Below, in pieces: positions 1-7,348 of a DNA stretch of 62,384 nucleotides (position 1 is the first letter of the stretch; each line of letters starts with the position of its first letter). A program made the translations under genes and the position numbers. Below the pieces are notes generated by a model that was not told the DNA's origin, did not search any database, and saw only the letters and a program-made list of their open reading frames with translations. The stretch is from a virus. Location of the stretch: the IMG/VR virus record IMGVR_UViG_3300045988_062316. One strand, given 5' to 3'.

Positions 1-77
1 ATCGTTCCAAGGGATATTCTATCAGACTTTCTAACTGTTAATCGGACGGTCACTGGTTCAAGCCCAGTCGCAGGAGC
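1..77. repeat. Terminal direct repeat: bases 1-77 identical to 62308-62384
   Basis: Read directly: the window starts and ends with the same 77-mer (atcgttccaaggg...cgcaggagc). Unique length is 62,307 bp. Confidence 0.95.
33..77 (+). other. attP core: 3' half of a tRNA-Asn(GUU)-like sequence (second copy at 62340-62384)
   Basis: Anticodon-loop-like CTGTTAA (35-41), stem strand TCGGA, 5-nt variable region, T-arm ACTGG/TTCAAGC/CCAGT (52-68), acceptor strand CGCAGGA plus G76. It closely resembles my recollection of the E. coli tRNA-Asn 3' half. Bases 1-32 cannot form an acceptor or D arm. Confidence 0.7.
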
Positions 78-163
78 TTAGGCTTTCAGCCCTTTTGACA
101 GTAGGGTTGAGGGCGTTTTGGACGGTGGCGTTCGAGGGGTTGCCGCGAATGGCGTTCTCTCCG

Positions 164-220
164 ATTCTCAGACAAACTTGGGATATGACGCTGGAAAACG
201 CCTTCCAGACGCCTTCCAGA
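164..220 (+). repeat. Putative integrase arm-type sites: ATTCTCAGAC (164-173) and tandem CGCCTTCCAGA x2 (199-220)
   Basis: ATTCTCAGAC also occurs twice in tandem at 62212-62231, with a variant at 16-27. These copies flank the tRNA-like core. Confidence 0.45.
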
Positions 221-695
221 ACGGTTTTCGGCGTGTTTCCGCAGTGTTCCGTAGTTGTTGTGGTGGGACTGTCGATAGGCCGTCAGAAACGCCGTGGAAC
301 ACGTTTCAGGGGCATGGAGAGAATACGGTGTGAACGGGAGAGAACGTTCCGGCACGCCGTAGCGGCATCGCGTGTTCCAACCATGAACCAATCCGACCAA
401 ACAATGCCGTCCGCCGTATGCGGACGGGCAGCGTCCATCGGCATGGATGCCCCGTGTTCTCTCCTCGGCTTGGGAGAGACGGGCGTGCGGATATGAGAAA
501 GCCAGCCGTCTTGGACCGAATCTGTTGGTTGACGGCTGGCTTGTAGACATGAATGGCTGCGAAGCATCAAACCTGTCGGGCGGGTCCGCCCTTGTTGTTT
601 AATGTCTTTGCGCTTGTAATTTGAACCTATGACGTGGACGATTCGACCGTGATGGTCGAAAGCCGGTCTAAAACCGGTCGAATATATCGAAGCGG

Positions 696-1307
696 CTAGT
701 TGGTTTCGTCGATCATTCCGGCGAAACCGCGAGGTTTGTTTCTCATGCGGTCGATATATGCGAGATGACGTTCAGCTAGACGTTCCACCGTGGCGTTTTC
801 TTCCTGTGTTCCGATCAGCAGTATCCACACGCTGTTGATGTTTTGATATGAGTTCGCTCTACGAACGCATTTGACGATTCCCATCGATTGCAGTTCGCGC
901 AATGCCTTGCCGACTTGTTGGCGACCATGCAAGTACCTGCTTTCGACATATCCATCAAGGTCTCTCTCGCCAGCGAATATCTGTTGCGCGACTGTTTTTG
1001 TTGGTTGAGTTACCCCGAAGTCCTCGGTGATGTTGCCGTATCCGCCGAAATAGTAGCGTGGAGGAATCTCGGACGGGTCATCACTTGCCGCGTCCATGTT
1101 TTTTGTGACGTGCGCGAGGTAGAACAGCAGACTCAGCTTGTAGGAATCCAACGTTCCGATTACTTCTCCCGAATGGCCGGAAGCTCTGGATTTAGTGTCT
1201 TTGACTAGGAGACCCTTGCTTGATACGTTCCTGATTACCGCTTCCATATTGGTGTATCCCATGTCTTCCATGTCTTTCCCTCCACGCCTCGCGGTATGCT
1301 TCTGCAT
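696..1307 (-). CDS. Hypothetical protein on the lysogeny side (possible winged-helix fold)
   Basis: 203-aa ORF next to the repressor module. No family recognised. The start codon could be an internal Met. Confidence 0.55.
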   Translation of the reverse strand: MQKHTARRGGKDMEDMGYTNMEAVIRNVSSKGLLVKDTKSRASGHSGEVIGTLDSYKLSLLFYLAHVTKNMDAASDDPSEIPPRYYFGGYGNITEDFGVTQPTKTVAQQIFAGERDLDGYVESRYLHGRQQVGKALRELQSMGIVKCVRRANSYQNINSVWILLIGTQEENATVERLAERHLAYIDRMRNKPRGFAGMIDETN

Positions 1308-1560
1308 GGAGATTCTAATAGGTTCTCCGTGAGCGTTCCCTTTGGTTTCCAGCTTTTGGGGGACGCTCTTTTTCGTTGCCGGTTCCAGTCTACACTATAA
1401 ATGTCACAAGTATCATTGTCATGAGAGTTGTGAGTATACATAACTAGTTTATTGGACTAAGAAAACATGTATACTTGCAAATCTCCCTAAATAGTATATT
1501 TAATAAGATTAATAATGAAATTATTAATTAAAAAGCAAAAACGGTCAGAAAGAGGGCATG

Positions 1561-1597
1561 AAAAAACCCGCCTGCGACAAACAGACGGGCAAAAAAA
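1561..1597. terminator. Bidirectional rho-independent terminator
   Basis: A6-CCCGCCTG-loop-CAGACGGG-A7. On the minus strand it sits directly after the stop at 1602 and ends in a T-run. Confidence 0.7.
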
Positions 1598-1601
1598 GAA
1601 C

Positions 1602-2078
1602 TCACTCGTAATCGCCTGAATCATAATCCAAATAATCCGAATCATCATCGCTATCAGAATACGAACTATCGGAATCATCATCGCTATCAGACGAATACGA
1701 GCTATCCGAGCCATTCCTATCGGACGAGTCTGAAGAATCAAAACTATACGCAACGGACACGCCTACGAACAAAAGCGCCGAAACCACAATGCCGACAATC
1801 GCCGCGATCAACGCTTTCCACGAACGCGACGAAGTGCGATCATCCACAAACTCCCTCATATGCGACTCAGCGGCATCGCCATACTTTTCACGCAATCCAT
1901 CAATGGACAAGCGTTGAGGATCGCCAGCTTCAAAACGCTCAATCTCATACAACCTATCCAACGGGATAAGCCCCGAACGCCTGATGCCATTCCTTACCGA
2001 AAACTGAATCACCCAAGCCAACAACGCCAATCCAGCGATACCAGCGGCCATGCAAGCCAATCCGATTAGAAAAATCAT
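1602..2078 (-). CDS. Two-TM membrane protein with a Ser/Asp-rich acidic C-terminal tail
   Basis: ATG at 2078 preceded by AAGGAGGG. Hydrophobic segments MIFLIGLACMAAGIAGLALLAW and ALIAAIVGIVVSALLFVGV. Tail reads SSDSSDRNGSDSSYSSDSDDDSD... Confidence 0.7.
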   Translation of the reverse strand: MIFLIGLACMAAGIAGLALLAWVIQFSVRNGIRRSGLIPLDRLYEIERFEAGDPQRLSIDGLREKYGDAAESHMREFVDDRTSSRSWKALIAAIVGIVVSALLFVGVSVAYSFDSSDSSDRNGSDSSYSSDSDDDSDSSYSDSDDDSDYLDYDSGDYE

Positions 2079-2146
2079 GATACCCTCCTTGCTCTCCTGC
2101 AATATGTCTCACCAAGGATTATCCCCCCCAATTGACGGCTGATGAA

Positions 2147-2557
2147 TCATGGGCGTTTCTCAAACAAGCCATCCTTGAGAATCTGCCTGTAATCCGTAAG
2201 AACCTGCATGGTCACGTCCAGCTCCGCCGCCATATGCCAGGTGTCGCCGTCCCACATCCGTTCGGCCATGGCGAACTCGGACGGGCTTATCAGCATCAAC
2301 GCCGTTTCGCGTCGCGCCCTACGCTCGCACTTCACGCCGAACCGCGTGCCGCAGCCAAGATCACGGTACTTCGCGTGCACAAGCTCGTGGCACAGGGTGC
2401 AGAGCCTCTGCCGGTCGTTCAACCAATCCGCAAGCCATATCGTGTTCAACCGGTCGCAATACAATCCGCAGGTAGTGCCGGGAATATCGGATTCCAAAAC
2501 CTTCAAACCCATGGCTTCGGCCTGACGTTCCAAAACGTCGATGGTGATTCGTGACAT
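2147..2557 (-). CDS. ImmA/IrrE-type zinc metalloprotease (anti-repressor protease)
   Basis: HELVHAKY (HExxH) motif. Lies immediately downstream of the CI-like repressor. ATG at 2557 follows GAAGGGAA. Confidence 0.75.
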   Translation of the reverse strand: MSRITIDVLERQAEAMGLKVLESDIPGTTCGLYCDRLNTIWLADWLNDRQRLCTLCHELVHAKYRDLGCGTRFGVKCERRARRETALMLISPSEFAMAERMWDGDTWHMAAELDVTMQVLTDYRQILKDGLFEKRP

Positions 2558-2623
2558 TGTTCCCTTCGCATTATTAGGCGGCGGCATCATGATTGAATAC
2601 CGCCGCCATATTCATTGCCGTTG

Positions 2624-3037
2624 TCAGTCTTCCGGTGTTTCGGCTTCGAGTCTCGCGTTCGGGTCGTCGTTCGCGGCCATGTCGAATTCGTCGCGGTAGA
2701 TGATCGGGCTGTTAATCCAGTCGGCGTCCGCGTTTTCCTTGAGTCGGCGCGCGAGTTCCTGAAGCAGCTCGTCATTCGAAGCGTCATGTAGTATTCCGGT
2801 GATTTCTCCGTGCTTAGCTTCGTCGTTGGTAAGGAATCCAAACTGGACGAGAGCTTCGACGGGGCTGGCGTTATACGCTCGGGCAATGATAATAATGGCT
2901 TCGGCGGTGAAGTCGCAGCCTTTATTGTATTGCCTCCAAAGCGTTGAGACGCTGAGGCCGGTCTTGACGCTGATTTCGTTGATTGCCGCGTCTCCTGTTA
3001 ACTGTTTGAAATAGGTTATCTTATCCATGCTTTTCAT
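2624..3037 (-). CDS. CI-like HTH repressor (XRE/Cro-CI family)
   Basis: N-terminal HTH-like INEISVKTGLSVSTLWRQYNKG. Divergent from a Cro-like gene and paired with the ImmA-like protease. Confidence 0.75.
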   Translation of the reverse strand: MKSMDKITYFKQLTGDAAINEISVKTGLSVSTLWRQYNKGCDFTAEAIIIIARAYNASPVEALVQFGFLTNDEAKHGEITGILHDASNDELLQELARRLKENADADWINSPIIYRDEFDMAANDDPNARLEAETPED

Positions 3038-3161
3038 TATGAAATAAAAACTCTTTCATGTCAACACGCCGTGTGGCGTTTTGAGTTGAAAAAAAGTCTT
3101 TCATTGTGGTATATTCATTTTCAGGTTGAAAAACAAAATGCTTCAAAATGAAAGGAATGTG
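3038..3161. promoter_or_regulatory. Divergent promoter/operator region of the genetic switch
   Basis: TTGAAA (3086-3091), 18-nt spacer, TATATT (3110-3115). The motif TCTTTCAT is repeated twice. Confidence 0.5.
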
Positions 3162-3404
3162 ATGGCGGACTACAAGATGCTTTTCCGAGACGGCTTCCTA
3201 GACAGAGCCAAGCGCATGAGCGGGCTTAAAACCGACGAAGCCTTCGCCGGAGCAATCGGAGTCAGCGAAAGCGTGCTTGCCCGAGCGAAGAAGACCAATG
3301 AATGCACACCGCTCATGATGGTCGGCCTGTATAAAGCATTCGGCTTCCAGCCCGGCGAAGTCAGCCAAATCAAACCAGTCGAAAACATGGGAAAAACAGC
3401 GTAA
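3162..3404 (+). CDS. Cro-like HTH regulator
   Basis: ATG at 3162 after GAAAGGAA. HTH-like segment EAFAGAIGVSESVLARAKK. Confidence 0.65.
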   Translation: MADYKMLFRDGFLDRAKRMSGLKTDEAFAGAIGVSESVLARAKKTNECTPLMMVGLYKAFGFQPGEVSQIKPVENMGKTA

Positions 3405-3485
3405 TCCTGTTTTTCCATTCCAAAACCTTTTTCCTGACCTCAAGGAACAAGGCTCACACCCCAAACAAGCAAAGGAACACCAATC

Positions 3486-3944
3486 ATGAAACTCAAAGAC
3501 AAAGTAGTGGAAGCACTCAAAGAAGACGCCGAATCCGACTCTGGTTTCCTTAGCGGGTTCTCCAAATTAGACCTCTGCTTCAACGATAGCTTCGTCACCA
3601 TCAACGGAGAAACCGAGGTAGGCCATGTCAGATACTCGCAAATCGCCAACGTCATGCTCGAAACCCTCAACCTCAACCCCGACGACGAGTACGAGGAACC
3701 GGAACTTCTGAACCCTCCGGCACCGCCGAAACGGGAAAAGCCGGAAGACGCAACGGCCTTCCTCGAACAGCTGACAAAACTAAACGAGCAAGGCGAGGAA
3801 CTGCTTGAGCGATTCGCTGAAAAAGAAGGCTCCGAAACCAGCGAAGACGCCAAAAACCTGAGAAGACTGTTAATCGGAGCCACCAGCCAGCTCGTGGTGT
3901 TCGGCATGGTCATCTGCTTCAAGGAACGCTCCGCGGAGAAATGA
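3486..3944 (+). CDS. Hypothetical acidic protein
   Basis: 152-aa ORF at the head of the rightward early operon. Confidence 0.6.
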   Translation: MKLKDKVVEALKEDAESDSGFLSGFSKLDLCFNDSFVTINGETEVGHVRYSQIANVMLETLNLNPDDEYEEPELLNPPAPPKREKPEDATAFLEQLTKLNEQGEELLERFAEKEGSETSEDAKNLRRLLIGATSQLVVFGMVICFKERSAEK

Positions 3945-3989
3945 AAGGCAGAAGCAAGAGAAAACGGCATAAGCCGGAAGGAGAACACC

Positions 3990-4196
3990 GTGAATGGACT
4001 GCTTAACCCGCCAAAACCGCCATACGAGGAACCAATCGACAACGCCGGACGATACAAGTTCCTCATCAACGAAAATAACGGTGCAACCCTCGTGGAAGCC
4101 AACGGAACCGAAACAATCACACTCGCACGCATCAGCGAAGGCCGGTTGGAAGACCTCTCGCACAGACTCTCGGAACGTCTGGGACAAACACGATAG
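3990..4196 (+). CDS. Hypothetical protein
   Basis: 68-aa ORF (GTG start) packed tightly between neighbouring genes. Confidence 0.45.
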   Translation: MNGLLNPPKPPYEEPIDNAGRYKFLINENNGATLVEANGTETITLARISEGRLEDLSHRLSERLGQTR

Positions 4197-4206
4197 GAGG
4201 CACATC

Positions 4207-4395
4207 TTGACAGACAGGCAAATCGTTGTGGAAGAAGAAATCCTCAACAAGGAGGAAGCCGCAAGATTCCTCAACATCGGAATCGACAAGTTCCTTGAAC
4301 TCTACGGGGTATGCGCCGACCGTCAAGGCGGCAAAACAACCACCTACAAGAAATCAGTGATCCTCGACCGATACGACGCACTCTGCAACCGATAA
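4207..4395 (+). CDS. Excisionase/MerR-like small HTH DNA-binding protein
   Basis: TTG start 7 nt after AGGAGG. Segment EEAARFLNIGIDKFLEL resembles Xis/AlpA-type HTH. Confidence 0.5.
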   Translation: MTDRQIVVEEEILNKEEAARFLNIGIDKFLELYGVCADRQGGKTTTYKKSVILDRYDALCNR

Positions 4396-4433
4396 AACAA
4401 ACCCCCACCTGCAAACATCCAAGGAAGCATCCA

Positions 4434-4673
4434 ATGACAACACGTCCACTACCAAAACCAGTGAAACCCAACGTCAAACACCAGCATGAACAGTACGGCA
4501 CGCTCACCGCCGTCGCCACGATCTGCATAACAGGCACGCTCCTGTTCAGCTGGTCGGTACCGCAACACAGCTGGCAGGCCGTCATCTGCGCACTGCTCAT
4601 GCTCGCAAGCGTCCTCTATCTAGGCGTCATCGACGCACGCCATTACACCCTCGACTGCGAGGACTTGGAATAA
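4434..4673 (+). CDS. Small membrane protein
   Basis: ATG after AAGGAAG. Two hydrophobic helices (LTAVATICITGTLLF and AVICALLMLASVLYLGVI). Confidence 0.6.
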   Translation: MTTRPLPKPVKPNVKHQHEQYGTLTAVATICITGTLLFSWSVPQHSWQAVICALLMLASVLYLGVIDARHYTLDCEDLE

Positions 4674-5166
4674 AAGACTTCCCACCAGCCGGCAGTCCAA
4701 CAAACAAACCAAATTAGGGATGTTTTTCGCGGACATCCACGTTCACCATGTCGGCTGGCGGGGAACACATATAACTGAATATCGATTATTATCCACGCGC
4801 CGACCGCATCTTGCTTCACATACACTGTCGGCGCACTCGGTTGGGCGACGGTTCGCCCGTCCACGGATTCCAATCTTCTCCTGTCTAAATCTATGCAGGC
4901 ACTCCGGTGCTTGCAGGTCCTTTCCTTTCTTACTATGCCTGACGGCTTCAATCACAGTCGGCCACGCCACCGGCCGTGAACGCGTTCAGGTCGCGTTCCA
5001 ACGGTCAAAGGGGCGTTCAGGAATCCAAGGACGGCATCGGTCCGACTCCGATGCCAGCCACTCAGCTCCATCCACTCGTCAGGACGGGGCACACAACCTA
5101 ACCAAGCAAAAGGAAAACAATGAGCGACAACCTCGACCGCATCAACGCACGCATCGGAGGTGAAGC

Positions 5167-6096
5167 ATGAGCACGATACGCTACATCAGCCTGTTCAGCG
5201 GAATCGAAGCCGCCACCGTCGCATGGCACCAGCTCGGGTGGAAGCCAATCGCATACGCGGAAATCGAACCATTCCCAAAAGCCGTGCTCAGACAACACTA
5301 TCCGGAAGTGCCAGATTTAGGAGACATGACCAAAGTTGACTGGAAACAATACCACCATGCGGCAGATGTCGTTGTGGGAGGAAGCCCCTGCCAGGCATTC
5401 AGCATCGCCGGACTCAGGAAGGCTCTGGACGATCCACGCGGCCAGCTCATGCTCGAATATCTCCGAGCTTGCGCAGAAATTGATCCGGAATGGATCGTCT
5501 GGGAGAACGTGCCCGGAGTGCTGTCGGCTGAACGCGGACGGGCTTTCCGGTCGCTCCTTGAAGCCGTGGCCGAACTCTGGCCTGATGGGGGGGGTGCATG
5601 GCGAGTGCTGGACGCTCAGTTCTTCGGTGTGGCCCAACGCCGCGAACGTGTGTTCCTTGTCGTCAACACTAGAGACTGGCGACGTGCCGCCCCGGTACTT
5701 TTTGAGCGCGAAAGCCTGTGCTGGGATCATCAGTCGAGCCGAGAGAAGAGGAAAAGCCTTGCCGGAGGAACTGCTGGCGGCGTTGGAAACGCAGATCCAG
5801 GCATTGGAAACTTGACCCACGGTGAGAACCAGTCTCGGAGAGTGTACTCGTCTGACGGAATCGCCCCGGCATTGCAGTCTCGTGAGAATGGTGGGCAGGA
5901 TCAGTCGGCTGTCATGTTGGACTTCCACCAGCAGGATGGAAGGTTCAAGGTGAAATCGAGAGAGAGAAGTGATGTGCAGTGCAGTGCGGACAGTCAATCG
6001 AACGCGGCACGGTGCTTTAATCTCGCGCCGACATTGATGGCGCATGCGGGGAAAGACGCCCCATTCATCTATCCGACAGCCGATGGGAGAGACTAA
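5167..6096 (+). CDS. C5 cytosine DNA methyltransferase, N-terminal part (motifs I-VIII plus part of the TRD)
   Basis: FSGIEAA (motif I), GGSPCQAFSIAG (IV), ENVPGVLS (VI), QRRERVFLV (VIII). Its TAA stop overlaps the next ATG as TAATG. Confidence 0.85.
   Translation: MSTIRYISLFSGIEAATVAWHQLGWKPIAYAEIEPFPKAVLRQHYPEVPDLGDMTKVDWKQYHHAADVVVGGSPCQAFSIAGLRKALDDPRGQLMLEYLRACAEIDPEWIVWENVPGVLSAERGRAFRSLLEAVAELWPDGGGAWRVLDAQFFGVAQRRERVFLVVNTRDWRRAAPVLFERESLCWDHQSSREKRKSLAGGTAGGVGNADPGIGNLTHGENQSRRVYSSDGIAPALQSRENGGQDQSAVMLDFHQQDGRFKVKSRERSDVQCSADSQSNAARCFNLAPTLMAHAGKDAPFIYPTADGRD
5587..5594 (+). repeat. G8 homopolymer inside the methyltransferase ORF
   Basis: gat-ggg-ggg-ggt encodes D-G-G-G. Position confirmed against the ORF frame. 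Confidence 0.9.
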
Positions 6097-6449
6097 TGGC
6101 CCTTACCTTCAAGATACGCGGCGGCGGAACGGGGGGGGGTAAGGGATTCCTGGGACAGGAAGAGCTTTCCGCCACACTCAGCACGCACAACGACCAGTCC
6201 CTATACATGGAAGAGGATTCGATGAAAGGTTTAACAGTTCGCAGGCTCACCCCGTTGGAATGCGAACGGCTCCAAGGATTCCCTGATGGGTGGACTGACA
6301 TTCAATGGCGCGGCAGGGAGCACGCGCCGGACGGGCCACGATACAAGGCGTTGGGGAATTCAATGGCCGTTCCGGTCATGAGATGGATCGGTGAAGGAAT
6401 TCAACTCGTTGAAGACAACAAGGAACTTTTCAAGAAGGAAACCAAATGA
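6096..6449 (+). CDS. C5 cytosine DNA methyltransferase, C-terminal part (TRD remainder, motifs IX-X)
   Basis: RRLTPLECERLQGFPDGWT (motif IX) and GNSMAVPVMRWIG (motif X). Confidence 0.85.
   Translation: MALTFKIRGGGTGGGKGFLGQEELSATLSTHNDQSLYMEEDSMKGLTVRRLTPLECERLQGFPDGWTDIQWRGREHAPDGPRYKALGNSMAVPVMRWIGEGIQLVEDNKELFKKETK
6131..6139 (+). repeat. G9 homopolymer inside the methyltransferase C-terminal ORF
   Basis: acg-ggg-ggg-ggt encodes T-G-G-G. Position confirmed against the ORF frame. Confidence 0.9.
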
Positions 6450-6613
6450 GTAACGTAACGCAGTCCGATGATTCGATTCGTGAATGGCCCGACCGGGAGA
6501 TCAACGAACTCCTGGACGAACAGCCCGCAGGATGCCACTTCCACCTAATCGCGTTCAACGACGCGGGCGAAGTGATGAACCTCAAACCAGTCAACATGCC
6601 ACCCAAGGCATGA
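6446..6613 (+). CDS. Small hypothetical protein (55 aa)
   Basis: ATGA start/stop overlap with the methyltransferase gene. Too short for the supplied ORF track. Confidence 0.45.
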   Translation: MSNVTQSDDSIREWPDREINELLDEQPAGCHFHLIAFNDAGEVMNLKPVNMPPKA

Positions 6614-6665
6614 CACAAAAACAAATGCTTCCCATGCGCTTAGTGCGATTGGCGCATGGGACTTC

Positions 6666-6798
6666 GGGTGGAACGGCACAACAGGAACCGTCCACCGGCA
6701 TCGTATGGGCTTTTTGAAGCCCCTTTCCCATACGACAGCCGGAAACTTGGGATAACAGGCACGGTACCGACCGGTGGGTTCGACTCCCACGCCACCCA
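6666..6798 (+). other. Structured non-coding element with a tRNA-like T-arm and acceptor end
   Basis: GTGGG-TTCGACT-CCCAC (6774-6790) is identical to the T-arm of the phage tRNA-Leu. GCCACCC (6791-6797) pairs with GGGTGG (6666-6671). A long interrupted hairpin spans 6695-6742. No anticodon arm was found. Confidence 0.35.
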
Positions 6799-6827
6799 CG
6801 CAAACCATCAACAGATCGGAGAACACC

Positions 6828-7151
6828 ATGGAAGACAACAGTCCAGAACGTCTTGATAAGAGCCTCACACGCTTGGAAATGGCGCACCAGTTAAGCGAAA
6901 CGGTAGGACTCATACTCGCCGACGTGAACAAGCTCGTCGCATACCTCGCCAGCGTTGACGCCAACGGCGATGGCATAGTCGATGAAGCGGTGAACTTCAC
7001 ATTGAAAGGCGCCGGCAAGATCAGAAAACATGCGACCGCTATCAGGTATGGAATCTCAAACGCGCTTGAGAACGCCGACGCACACGAAAGCAACGAAGAA
7101 CGCAAACGGAGATTCGTAGACAACCTCCTCAACGGTTTGGGCGGTGAGTGA
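6828..7151 (+). CDS. Hypothetical protein
   Basis: ATG after GGAGAA. 107 aa, helical-looking. Confidence 0.6.
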   Translation: MEDNSPERLDKSLTRLEMAHQLSETVGLILADVNKLVAYLASVDANGDGIVDEAVNFTLKGAGKIRKHATAIRYGISNALENADAHESNEERKRRFVDNLLNGLGGE

Positions 7152-7348
7152 ACGTGGACGGGCGGACGATCCGACAAGCCATATTGGACACGCGGTTCAG
7201 AGGCTATGACGTCGGCCAAGTGGACGAACTGTTGGAGAAAATCGCGCACGCCATGGACGTGCTTGACGCGGCGAACCGTGAACTATGGCGGAAAAACAAG
7301 GAACTGGAACACCGATTGACAAGACCGGAGCATCCAACCAATGAGTGA
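7148..7348 (+). CDS. DivIVA-domain protein
   Basis: FRGYDVGQVDELLEKI matches the DivIVA N-terminal signature and is followed by a coiled-coil-like segment. Confidence 0.6.
   Translation: MNVDGRTIRQAILDTRFRGYDVGQVDELLEKIAHAMDVLDAANRELWRKNKELEHRLTRPEHPTNE

Noticed and set aside
1-77. The 77-mer as a complete tRNA gene, or as an attL/attR pair
   Set aside because: Only bases 33-77 fold like a tRNA 3' half, and bases 1-32 cannot supply acceptor, D or anticodon 5' strands. Both copies carry identical non-tRNA upstream sequence, so an intact tRNA is present at neither end. I favour a circular-closure overlap, but att duplication is not strictly excluded without flanking sequence.
86-570. Overlapping ORFs of 71-154 aa on both strands at the left end
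   Set aside because: They are mutually overlapping, Arg/Pro-rich and lack an RBS. The region is better explained as the attP arm and structured non-coding DNA.
1487-1753. 88-aa minus-strand ORF (MRIVLILQ...)
   Set aside because: It is an off-frame reading of the Ser/Asp-repeat tail of 1602..2078 and extends into the AT-rich spacer.
2123-2129. C7 run between the membrane protein gene and the ImmA-like gene
   Set aside because: It is intergenic and shorter than the coding G tracts. There is no clear link to a promoter spacer or an ORF, so no phase-variation claim is made.
4643-4951. 102-aa minus-strand ORF in the 4674-5119 gap
   Set aside because: It has no RBS, overlaps the preceding gene's end, and has an unconvincing composition. 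It is kept only as part of the structured-gap observation.
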